Source: Terriglobia bacterium
Lineage (GTDB): Bacteria; Acidobacteriota; Terriglobia; 20CM-2-55-15
Direction of reading: 5' to 3'
Assembly: GCA_965218585.1 (NCBI GenBank)
Contig: CBDCLE010000010.1
Location: 128,001 to 192,000 of the forward strand
DNA: 64,000 bases
Shown here one piece after another: positions 19,030 through 28,270 of the stretch. Positions within the stretch are counted from its first letter, which is position 1. Every line of letters begins with the position of its first letter. A model generated the notes under the pieces. It ran no database searches, was not told the origin of the DNA, and saw only the letters and a program-made list of their open reading frames with translations. The translations under genes were made by a program, and so were the position numbers.

Positions 19030-20160
19030 ATGAACAAGTGTAGTGCATACGTTGGACTGGACGTTCACAAGGACACGATCGCGGTGGCGGTAGCGCTGCC
19101 CGGACGTGAGGCGCCGGTGTACCGGGGCGAGATCAAGAATCAACGCAAATCGCTGCTGCGACTCATTCGCAGCCTGAGTCCGCACGCAGAGGTGTTGAGC
19201 TTCTGCTACGAGGCGGGACCGTGCGGGTATGGGGTGTATCGAGAGATCATCGACACCGGCCACTATTGCGAGGTGGTCGCGCCGAGCCTGATCCCGCGGC
19301 GCGCGGGGGAGCGAGTGAAGACGGATCGGCGCGACGCGGTGAAGCTGGCGCGGCTGCATCGGTCGGGGGAGCTGACGGCGGTGTGGGTGCCCGACGAGGA
19401 GCAGGAGGCGATGCGCGACCTGACGCGGGCGCGCGAGGACATGAAGGCGATCGAGGCCAAGGCTCGGCAGCGACTGGGGGTGTTTCTGCTGCGTCATGAT
19501 CGAGTGTATCGGGAAGGCAAGAGCCGGTGGACGCAATGGCACTTTCGGTGGCTGGAGGAGCAGCGGTTCGAGCATCCGGTACAGCAGGTGGTGTTTCAGG
19601 AATACGTCGATACGGTGATGGAGGCGCGCCGCCGCGTGGCGGGCCTGGAAGGGCAGATGCGCGAGGTGTTGGAGCAGTGGTCGCTGCGTCCGATGGTCGA
19701 GGCGCTGATCGCGTTGCGCGGGGTGGATGTGGTCACGGCCATGACGGTGCTGGCCGAACTCGGGGACCTGACGCGTTTTGACTCGCCGCGCGAGTTGATG
19801 AGCTTTCTGGGGCTGGTGCCGAGCGAGCACTCCTCGGGGCCGCGGCGGCGCCAAGGAGCCATCACGAAAACAGGCAATGGACACGTGCGCCGCGTGCTGG
19901 TTGAATCGGCCTGGAGCTACCGGTTCCCTGCGCGCAAAACCAGGCACTTGAGATGCAAGGCGAGTGCGGCGCCGCCAGCAGTGCAGGCCATCGCCTGGGC
20001 AGCCCAGAAGCGGCTGTGTGCGCGGTACCGGCATCTGTATAGCGCGGGCAAGGCGAAGTGCGTGGTCACCACCGCGGTGGCCCGCGAGCTGGTGGGGTTC
20101 ATCTGGGCGATTGCTTGCGAGGTGATGGGCCGAGCCCATGCAACGCGGGCGCGGAGCTGA
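19030..20160 (+). CDS. IS110-family DEDD recombinase/transposase
   Basis: VGLDVHK, YEAG, KTDRRDA (DEDD); GLVPSEHSSG serine loop; ITKTGN. Confidence 0.95.
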   Translation: MNKCSAYVGLDVHKDTIAVAVALPGREAPVYRGEIKNQRKSLLRLIRSLSPHAEVLSFCYEAGPCGYGVYREIIDTGHYCEVVAPSLIPRRAGERVKTDRRDAVKLARLHRSGELTAVWVPDEEQEAMRDLTRAREDMKAIEAKARQRLGVFLLRHDRVYREGKSRWTQWHFRWLEEQRFEHPVQQVVFQEYVDTVMEARRRVAGLEGQMREVLEQWSLRPMVEALIALRGVDVVTAMTVLAELGDLTRFDSPRELMSFLGLVPSEHSSGPRRRQGAITKTGNGHVRRVLVESAWSYRFPARKTRHLRCKASAAPPAVQAIAWAAQKRLCARYRHLYSAGKAKCVVTTAVARELVGFIWAIACEVMGRAHATRARS

Positions 20161-20568
20161 GAGATGGGCCGGAGTTCTCCACACCTTGCCACTGCTCCGC
20201 CGTGTATTCGAAGCACGCGGTGCCATGGACAAGGTGTGGAAAACTCCTCCGACGCCTCCCCGGGCGCAATGCCATCATGCGCTTCCAGAGCAAGGCTGGA
20301 CCCAAAAAACGTAATGTGTTGGATTCAGGGCGTGGCAGGCCGGTGAGGAGAATCCTCGTGCACGCTATGAGAGGCTTGGCTCAGCCAGACCGACCCACGT
20401 CCTTAGACCGAGGCAGCTCCGCGACGAAGTGATGTCAGGTGGTAGCCAACCCACGAATATCAGAGTGATCCACCGTCGCGAATCATGCCGGCCGCGCCCT
20501 GAATCCAGCACATTGAAGGAGGCGCATTCGAGAAACGTAACGGAAGCTTGACAGGGTCAATCCATATC
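20161..20568 (+). ncRNA. Putative bridge/seekRNA (target- and donor-binding loops at ~20347-20480)
   Basis: Nested stems; loop segments match both insertion flanks and the circle junction (see findings). Confidence 0.75.
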
Positions 20569-21279
20569 AGCGTGCAAAATCGCACCGATCTGCCTGATAC
20601 CCTATCTTCACCACACTGCCGGTGGTGCCGGTGACCCAGTGATTTTCAGGCGATAGCGTGAGTGGGGTTGACTGCGGCGTGGATTGCAGCTGGATGAATC
20701 CTTCCGTCGCTTGTCCGAGTCTGGCGATGCGCTCGACATGGCTTGTTTCCAGCTTGCCTATGCGATCAACTCACCTGACTCCACCTTACCTGCGCGCTCG
20801 CGCAGGGCGGCAATGTCCCTGGAACGCGCTTAAGCTTCGGGTCCCACCTCTTCAGGCGAGATCCAGGCGAGCAACAGGCGGGGCCGATTGCCGCAGGGCA
20901 GATGGGTGTCGATCCCGGCGGACATCCCGAGCGTGCAGGGTCCGTTGCGCCGGACATACCGATACCGGTGACCGGGGGTGGGTGCGGGGCAGAGAACACG
21001 GTGCCAGGAGCCGCGCCATGAAACCCGGATCGGGAACCGCTTCACTGGCCCCGTCAAGCGGGTCCCGCTGATCGAAACGGGAGAAAGGGCGCTGCGCCTG
21101 GGGTGAGTGCTCGGGGGCTTGCTTCACAAGCCCGTCCGAGAGCAAAAGGGATGACCCCGGCCGCCGGGTTCCGATCGATATGTTTGCGCCGGGCCGAAGA
21201 ACCGAACCGACGATCCTTCTATAGAAGGGTACTGACCAGATTCGTGTAGAGTCGCGGGGAGGCGCGTAGCCGGTAGGGG

Positions 21280-21420
21280 GCGGTGGTGAACGGGGCGACC
21301 GCTGACGCTGACCTACGACGAGGCGCTGGACGTAAGTTCGACGCCGGTGGCGCTCGCCTTCACGGTGAATGTCCAAGGCGCCGAACGGAGGGTGTCCAGG
21401 GTCGCGGTGAGCGACGGCTT
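21280..21420 (+). pseudogene. SwmB-like repeat domain fragment
   Basis: With one frameshift reads AVVNGAT/LTLTYDEALDVSSTPVALAFTVNVQGAERRVSRVAVS. Confidence 0.5.
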
Positions 21421-21432
21421 CTCGATCCGCTC

Positions 21433-21993
21433 CTACTTGTCCTCGGCCTTGCCAAGGCTTTGATACTTCTTTGCGAAGCGGGCTTCCATCTTCTTAATCT
21501 TCTCCGATCGTTCTGAATGACGCTGCATGACCTTCTCGCCCGCAGGCTTCGCGTATTGCTCGTCTTCAGTGATTCGCTCTCCGTCGTAGAACATCCAGGC
21601 CCACTGCAGCATGGCCTTAATAAAATCTGGATGGTCGGGCACCAAGATATCGTGGTTCGCGATCGCCTTCAGGATCGCACCGAGAGCGGCAACGTCTGGA
21701 TCGAGCGGCACTTGGTCCTCAGCCCCTTCATCCATATGCTTCAGGTCATTGATCTTCAGCGTGTCGTTAATGTGCTTGGCAAACTTCGCCTTCGCTGGTG
21801 TTGTCCCAGATATAACCTCCGTAACTCCAATTGCGTAGTCTGCGAACGGTTGCTTTCCTGCTTTCAGAACAAGACCGTGAAGGATGCCGTCGGCAGCACC
21901 CGCCAACGTGATTGCAGAGATCCTGTCCCTGCGGCTCACAAACAGACCGATTGCAGTCTCAAGTTGGCGTTGCGCCAGCTCCAATTTGGTCAT
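21433..21993 (-). CDS. Hypothetical all-helical protein
   Basis: 186-aa ORF from MTKLELAQRQLETAIGLF..ISAITLAGAA..NDLKH. Confidence 0.6.
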   Translation of the reverse strand: MTKLELAQRQLETAIGLFVSRRDRISAITLAGAADGILHGLVLKAGKQPFADYAIGVTEVISGTTPAKAKFAKHINDTLKINDLKHMDEGAEDQVPLDPDVAALGAILKAIANHDILVPDHPDFIKAMLQWAWMFYDGERITEDEQYAKPAGEKVMQRHSERSEKIKKMEARFAKKYQSLGKAEDK

Positions 21994-22019
21994 CGTTGTT
22001 TCAGCCAACTCCGACCTCC

Positions 22020-22321
22020 AAAGTCTGATCGACACACCAAGATTTGTGGGTTGGCTTGAGATGACGGCGCAACCGCCCCTCCAGTTAGGGACCGTAGCGC
22101 TGGACCCAGTGCCAGATTGTCGTGTGGTCTGCCTTCAGGCCGCGCTCGCCGAGGAGCTTTTTGACATCGCGGAACAAGAGCGAGTACCGCAGGTATCAGC
22201 GCACAGCGCAAAGAATCAGCTCGGGCTCGGTTTGTCGCCACTTGAAGATCACCGGTCGGATTGTCTTTTTCATGATCTCTTCAGTTTACCCGCCGCCGTC
22301 GGCCAAAGTTGCACCACAATC
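22020..22321. mobile_element. IS6-like relic
   Basis: Ends in AAAGTTGCACCACAA, resembling an IS6 TIR; degenerate internal sequence. Confidence 0.4.
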
Positions 22322-22339
22322 GATGCACAGTCTTTATTT

Positions 22340-22360
22340 TGCTGGCACGTATTGCTAGCA
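22340..22360. promoter_or_regulatory. Probable FitAB/VapBC operator
   Basis: TGCTGGCA and TGCTAGCA boxes upstream of the antitoxin. Confidence 0.45.
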
Positions 22361-22408
22361 TATATTGGGATTGCAAGTCGATACAACGTCCGACAAGGAG
22401 ACGCCGCG

Positions 22409-22666
22409 ATGAATTCCACCATCACCGTCCGCGATATCGATCCAGGAGATAAGTCCTGGCTCAAACACGAAGCCCGCCATGTCGGTGTTTCGATGGAAGA
22501 GTTCGTGCGCCGCCTCATTCGCGAGGAGCGCGAGAAGCGCGAACGATCTACAAAGCCTTCCGAGGCCTTCAAGCGATATTTCGGTCCTGAGCACGGGGTC
22601 GAGCTGCCGGCGTCCGCGCGTTACTCCTACACGCCGGTCGAGTTTTCCGACGAGAGCAAAACGTGA
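22409..22666 (+). CDS. FitA-like ribbon-helix-helix antitoxin
   Basis: AAGGAG RBS; ITVRDID..L..EA...GVSMEEFVRRLI; GTGA overlap with the PIN gene. Confidence 0.8.
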   Translation: MNSTITVRDIDPGDKSWLKHEARHVGVSMEEFVRRLIREEREKRERSTKPSEAFKRYFGPEHGVELPASARYSYTPVEFSDESKT

Positions 22667-23106
22667 CCGCGCCCGTCGCCTGGCTCCTCGACACGAACAC
22701 TATCTCGGAAATGATGCGGCCGAAGCCGGAACCGCAGGTTGCCAAGTTTCTCGATAGGATCGCCGGGGAAGGAATAGGTCTGGCCTCCATCACCGTCTGG
22801 GAAATCCTCAACGGCATTGGCCGTCTCGACCCTGGCCGGCGGCGGGACGATCTTGTCGAGCGGTTTCAAGGCCTTCTCGACGAGCTTTTCGAAGGACGAA
22901 TATTCGATTGGACCCTGGCCGACGCCCAGGCCTGTGCCCGCATCATGGAAGAAAAACGGCGACAGGGCGAACCGCTCGACGACCACCTACCGGATGCCTT
23001 TCTCGCGGCAGCGGCGGCCTGTCGCGGGCTCGCCGTCGTCACGCGGAACGCAGGCGAGTTTCGAAACACCGGCATCGAGGTCATCGACCCGTGGGACGTC
23101 ACTTAG
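22663..23106 (+). CDS. vapC: VapC/FitB PIN-domain toxin
   Basis: WLLDTNTISE, D..LAA.A, VVTRN..EF..TG...IDPW. Confidence 0.9.
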   Translation: MTAPVAWLLDTNTISEMMRPKPEPQVAKFLDRIAGEGIGLASITVWEILNGIGRLDPGRRRDDLVERFQGLLDELFEGRIFDWTLADAQACARIMEEKRRQGEPLDDHLPDAFLAAAAACRGLAVVTRNAGEFRNTGIEVIDPWDVT

Positions 23107-23790
23107 CGATAAGGGAAAGGTTTGAGTGACAGCTTTTAAAAAACCATAATGGAATTCAGGAAAAGAGAAAAACAGCGCATTGAACCGTTGAAGTCGAATC
23201 TATTTTCCGCGGAGGCCTCGGAACCCCGGAGATATATAGGAGACCGGCGCGACTTCTGCCTTCTCCAACTCCTTCAGCCGTTTCAACTGATCCGCCTTCG
23301 GCCCGCTGTAGTTCTTGCGCCAGCGGTAGAATGTCACTGTGGGGGCTTTCGACTTCATTCAAGCAATTTGGAAAAATGGAAAAGAAGATACCAAGTTCAA
23401 AGGGGCGTCGCAACGCTACTTTCGAATTAAACATAGGCAAGTCCGTCAAGGGCTGCGGCCGGCGTGAGGACGGCCAGCTCCGCAGTGCCGTCATCGCGGC
23501 GGCGGCCCTGATCGCCTTCACGCTGGCCGGGAACCGCCCCCGCCTTCACCGCCGCGCAGGCCGGGGTCTCCGGGCTAATAAGTTCTTCTTGCTTCCATGC
23601 GGCGGCCTCTGCGTCTTTGCGCCTCAGCGTTAGCAACGCAGCATCGAACTCGGAAATGTTGACTCGAAGAGTACGATTGTGCTACCTAAACTATTGTGGA
23701 GAAGCGACTAAGGGAACCATCCTGGGTGGTCGAGCCGCAAGCGGCATCCAGCGACATTCGAGAGTCAACGCAATATCTTGGGGGTCATCC

Positions 23791-25605
23791 GTGGATCGAC
23801 GCCACAGCCGCTCCATTTTCGTCCTCGTTCTAATCCTCCCTGTTCTGAGTTCCTGCGGCCGCTCGACCCGCCCGTTGACGCAAGCCCCGCCACCCATCGA
23901 CACTTCGACTCCAGCAGCGAATCGGCGGCCGGTCGCCCTCGACCCGCTGGCGCAGGTATTGATCAACGCGCGGGATCACACCCAGCGCGGGGAACGACTG
24001 CTGCGGGACGGCAACGTGAACGAAGCCCGTGACGCTTTTGAAACGGCTCTCGAAGTCTTGCGGGCCTACACGCCAACCAGGTCCCGAAGCTTCGAGTTCG
24101 AGCGCGAGATCGATTTCCTGAACATGCGCCTGGCCGCTCTGGGACCGACACCGGTTGCCGAGCCGGCCATGATCGACGATCTGGCGACGCTCGACGCCCC
24201 CATTGAGGATGGGTATGCGGCACTGCGCGAGAGAACCGCTTCGGATATCGCATCGATCACTTCCGATCTCCCGATCCAACTCCACCACCGGGTTCTGGAA
24301 CTCCTGATCTATTTCACCGAAGGGCGCGGACGCCGAGCGATCGAATTGGGGCTGAGGCGGGTCGGCCTGTACCGGCCCCTGATCCAGCGGATCCTGAACG
24401 AAGAAGGACTGCCGCAGGATCTGGTCTATCTGGCCCAGGCTGAAAGTGCTTTCAAACCGGAGGCCCTCTCCCGGGCCCAGGCAAAGGGAATGTGGCAATT
24501 CATTGCCTCGCGGGGTCGCGAATACGAGCTGCGGCAGAACTGGTGGATTGACGAACGGTCCGACCCGGAGAAGTCGACGCGGGCAGCCGCGCGGCATCTC
24601 AAGGACCTGTATCAGGAATTCGGTCACTGGTACCTGGCGATGGCGGCCTACAACGCCGGCCCTGCGAGGGTGAGTCGCGCGGTGGAGCAAGCCAGCTCGC
24701 GAGATTTTTGGGCGCTGGCCGACCGTAAGCTTCTTCCGCAGGAAACGCGCAACTACGTTCCGACCATTCTGGCTATGACGATCATCGGCAAGAACCCGGC
24801 CCGATACGGCTTCGCTGTTCGGCCTGCGGATCCAATCGAGATGGAGCGCGTCCGCGTCCCACATGCCACCGATTTGCGAGTCATTGCGGAGAATCTCAAC
24901 CTTTCAGTCGAACGGATCCAGGAACTGAACCCCCATGTCCTGCGATGGGCAACGCCACCCGATGACGACGAATTCGAATTAAATGTCCCTGTTGGACTGG
25001 CAGCCCAGTTCGCCGAAAAAGTCGCAACCCTGCCGGAGAGCGAACGCATCCAGTTCCATCACCATGTCGTGGCCAATGGTGAAACACTGTCGCAACTGGT
25101 GAACCGTTACGGCGTGTCCATGACGTTGATTACCGGAACGAACGGGATCGCAAACCAGAACATGATTCGGGCCGGACAGACCCTGGTGATCCCTGTCAGG
25201 GGTGTGTCGCGGGCCGACGGCGGGGCCGAAACCCCGGCAGTGGCACCGGCGTCTTCCACCGACCGTCCGGCTGCGTATCAGATCCGGCGCGGGGACACAT
25301 TGATCGGCATCGCAACCCGCTTCGCGTTGTCAATCAATGAGATCAAGGCTTGGAACGGCATGTCGTCCAACCTCTTGATCGCGGGTCAAAGTCTGCGCCT
25401 TCCTCCCGCATCGACCCCGCCGACGAGTTCCGGAAATGCCACCCGGACCGAGCGTGTCGTGTACCAGGTCCGGCCTGGCGATACGCTCTTCCAAATCGCC
25501 ATGTTTTACCGCACTTCGGTGGACGATATCCGCGCCTGGAACCCCGATTCAGACTTGTCGGTCATCCGGCCAGGCGACCAGATCACGATCCATATGCCCC
25601 GCTAG
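23791..25605 (+). CDS. MltD-like lytic transglycosylase lipoprotein with 3 LysM domains
   Basis: Lipobox LSSC; AESAF, GMWQF, AAYNAG, ETRNYV; three LysM repeats; start position uncertain. Confidence 0.9.
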   Translation: MDRRHSRSIFVLVLILPVLSSCGRSTRPLTQAPPPIDTSTPAANRRPVALDPLAQVLINARDHTQRGERLLRDGNVNEARDAFETALEVLRAYTPTRSRSFEFEREIDFLNMRLAALGPTPVAEPAMIDDLATLDAPIEDGYAALRERTASDIASITSDLPIQLHHRVLELLIYFTEGRGRRAIELGLRRVGLYRPLIQRILNEEGLPQDLVYLAQAESAFKPEALSRAQAKGMWQFIASRGREYELRQNWWIDERSDPEKSTRAAARHLKDLYQEFGHWYLAMAAYNAGPARVSRAVEQASSRDFWALADRKLLPQETRNYVPTILAMTIIGKNPARYGFAVRPADPIEMERVRVPHATDLRVIAENLNLSVERIQELNPHVLRWATPPDDDEFELNVPVGLAAQFAEKVATLPESERIQFHHHVVANGETLSQLVNRYGVSMTLITGTNGIANQNMIRAGQTLVIPVRGVSRADGGAETPAVAPASSTDRPAAYQIRRGDTLIGIATRFALSINEIKAWNGMSSNLLIAGQSLRLPPASTPPTSSGNATRTERVVYQVRPGDTLFQIAMFYRTSVDDIRAWNPDSDLSVIRPGDQITIHMPR

Positions 25606-25741
25606 TGGTCCCGGTCACAATGACGGCAGATCCAGAAGACCCGGCCACAGCCGGGCCACCGGGAAGACCGACTGCGGTCGCCCGGCAACTTCATATCGAC
25701 TGTACTTCCGCGCGGCGTATTCTAATAGAAAGGATTCGACC

Positions 25742-26134
25742 ATGAATGGTCCATCGATACAGTTCCATAAGATCTGGATTGAACAGTGTAGGGCGACTGA
25801 GGATATCCGTGAACGCTTCGGGCTCGAAGATGCCATACGCTATCTGATCGGAGAAAAACTGCTCGACTTCGTTCGCGCTTCGGAAGACGATCCCGACTTC
25901 GCGAAGGAGTTGCCCGCGTTTGTGGCTGAGATCCGGCGGCTCTTCTCTGCTGCGGAGATTCGGGAGTTTCTGGACGATCTCGAGCGCACGAAGTTTTTGG
26001 TTCCACCAGAACCGGATCTGGAGGTGGAGGTTCTCGACGACGAAATGGACGAAGAGTCCTGGCCGGGTAATCCAGTGTTAGGCGCAGAGGAGTTACTTCG
26101 ATTCTCTCGTATTCGGCATCTGCTGAAGCCGTAG
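25742..26134 (+). CDS. Hypothetical protein
   Basis: AAAGGA RBS, 130-aa ORF (IWIEQC..A..I.E.FG...A.RYLIGEK). Confidence 0.6.
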   Translation: MNGPSIQFHKIWIEQCRATEDIRERFGLEDAIRYLIGEKLLDFVRASEDDPDFAKELPAFVAEIRRLFSAAEIREFLDDLERTKFLVPPEPDLEVEVLDDEMDEESWPGNPVLGAEELLRFSRIRHLLKP

Positions 26135-26449
26135 TTGGCTGAACGGCAAGAAAACGAGGGAAAGAGCAGCAGATCTATCTCTGGCTCACCATAACGCGGT
26201 GCTCTGCATAATCCTCTCCAGGTTCGCTCTGAATGATCCCGGCCGCCTCAGCAGACCGCACGCCCCGAAGCTTGCGCACGAAACGCTTCACCGATTCGTA
26301 GCTGCCGGCGAATCCCTGATCGGAGACCAAGTCCTGCCAGCTGCCCATGGCATTACGGCCTCGGTCGAGCGCGTGCTCAATGATCTCGCGATAAGGTTCC
26401 GCAGAACTAGGGTACCAACCAGATTTGAACAGAAATACGTGCTAAGGGG

Positions 26450-26930
26450 TGTCCATCTTGAGCTTGGTGGTGTCAAATCTGACGAGGCCACGCACGAAGG
26501 CGACCTGGTAGGCGAAACCCAATCGATTGTGGCGGCCCCGCCGCAGGGCGATCTCGCGTCGGCCGGCTTCGAGAAAGCGGGCATCGCGAATCAGACGGGG
26601 GCGAGAGACGTCGGGACCGGAGACTCGTGAAAACCGTTGCCTATCTGAGGGTCTCGACCGTGCAACAGGACGTGCGCAGCCAGCGCTTCGCCATCCTCAA
26701 GTACGGACGCAAACACGATTTCCGCAGCGACGATTTCATCGAGGCGACCGTTTGGTCGTCAGCGAACTCTTCCGGCTCGGTCGGTCGCTGGGTCAGGTCG
26801 TCGCCATCCTCGACGCCCTCGCCAAGGCCAGGGCCTCGGGCAGGCAGCTCGGGCACCCGAAAGGCTCGCTGAGCGTCTCACGACTCAACGGCAAGGAGAA
26901 CGACATCCGGCGCTTCCTCGAGGCTTTGAG
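26450..26930. mobile_element. Degenerate Tn3-family relic: transposase N-terminal fragment (-) and serine resolvase fragments (+)
   Basis: Minus strand RRGRHNRLGFAYQVAFVR; plus strand AYLRVST..Q, LVVSEL.RLGRS, GRQLGHPKG with deletions/frameshifts. Confidence 0.65.
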
Positions 26931-26985
26931 GTGCGGCGCGTGGAGAGGGCCAAGAAGATCGTTGCGCTTCGGCGCCTGCGGAACG

Positions 26986-27348
26986 TGTCAACAAGTTTGA
27001 GACACCTGCATTCGGAATTTAAGCTACCGTAGGCGACTCTGCGGGCGGGTTGATCCACACCTTGTCCGGCGGCCCAGCGATCTTTCTCGGTACATTGACG
27101 AAACGTTCTGGATGTTGCCGACGAGCGCGATCCAGAGCATGCTGGCGTCGTTCCAGAACCGGACCGGTCTGACCGGAATGGACCATCGCTGGGGTTAGCC
27201 AGTTCAGACCGGAATGGTAGTGGACGTTGTTGTACCAGTGGAAGAAGTCCCGGCAGAACGCCTTGGCGTCCTGGATCGAACCGAATCGTTCCGGGAAGTC
27301 AGGGCGGTACTTCAGGGTTTTGAACTGGGCTTCCGAGAACGGGTTCAT
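26986..27348 (-). mobile_element. IS3-family 3' remnant (integrase core C-terminus)
   Basis: NPFSEAQFKTLKY..WYNNVHYHSGLNWLTP; TGTC.. end at ~26986. Confidence 0.75.
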
Positions 27349-27466
27349 TGCATGTCGCCAAAACGCATCCTGAAGTTTCTCAATCCGGACATCTTACAGG
27401 CGCTAACTACGGTGCGGCTGTATCGAACTGCCCCGCCGCCGGATCACCCGCTGAAGCAAGGGAGTC

Positions 27467-28115
27467 CTACCCGTTGGACTCTATCGCCTCCAGGAAGAGG
27501 TACATGCCCGAAGATGGATTGTCGTCCGGGAACTCGGTTTCGTCTCCTGCGTGCTTGGCGGTCAGGGCGCGCGCCCGTCGCGCCGCGTCAGCTCGCCGGG
27601 GGCATGTACTGCGCGCCGTCGAGTCCCTTCCCCAAACTCCTGTCGTGGTCGCGGATCAGCTTCCTGGCAGCCTGGTTGTCGAGCCATGCCGTATGGTCTT
27701 CAAAATGGAGCGCAAGCCATAACTCGAAGCACGGATTCGAAATGGCAAGTCGGACGCCGCTCTTGTTGGCCCTATCTTTGGCTTCAGGAAGCTTAGGGTG
27801 ATTCCGGGGCCATTCGACGTCAAAGAGACACCACACCTCGTCGATTTCGCCTTGCTCTCGGGAGCTGCGAGTCCGGGCTTCGGCAGCCGCTTTCACCAAG
27901 CTCAACGGCACGGCGCCACTCGCCTCCAGGTCAACACGGATATCAACCGAGGCCGAGTCGCGGACCGCTGGGTCCTGTTTCAAGGCCTTGAGGTAGTCGG
28001 GTTCGGTCTTCGTGCCTTCGCAGAACACCAGGAAGGTCCGCTTGGGAGTGCGAACGGCGACTGTGCGGCTGAGCGATCGCTTCTTGCGCGGCTTGCGTTC
28101 AGTCCGCTTGGTCAT
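27467..28115 (-). pseudogene. rloB: RloB-family protein, frameshifted near 27600
   Basis: LVFCEG.KTE.DY, VWCLFD, AISNPCFELWL.LHF; NPSS motif continues in another frame. Confidence 0.8.
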
Positions 28116-28270
28116 CACGAGACTGAGAGACGAGCCCGAGGGCTCTGCGGACTGCGGTCTGGTCGACTTCTGGAATAGCCCCGAACCGACCCTGCAGGTA
28201 GGCTCTTTCCAGGTTCAGAGACCTCCTCACACGTTCGCCCCCGAACTCGGCCAGACCAACGAGGCGCGTA
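28099..28270 (-). pseudogene. C-terminal remnant of RloA-type AAA ATPase cut at the group II intron boundary
   Basis: Manual translation ..RRSLNLERAYLQGRFGAIPEVD.., overlapping the rloB start. Confidence 0.7.

Larger units (their letters stand above)
18934..20570 (+). mobile_element. IS110/IS1111-type element copy 2, complete
   Basis: AG core at both ends; sub-terminal IRs ATGGATTGACC (18941-18951) / GGTCAATCCAT (20555-20565); short left end, ~410-nt right end. Confidence 0.9.

Noticed and set aside
23149-23330. Restriction-endonuclease-like start joined to an antisense IS3 orfA scrap
   Set aside because: Too short and degenerate to call without a search
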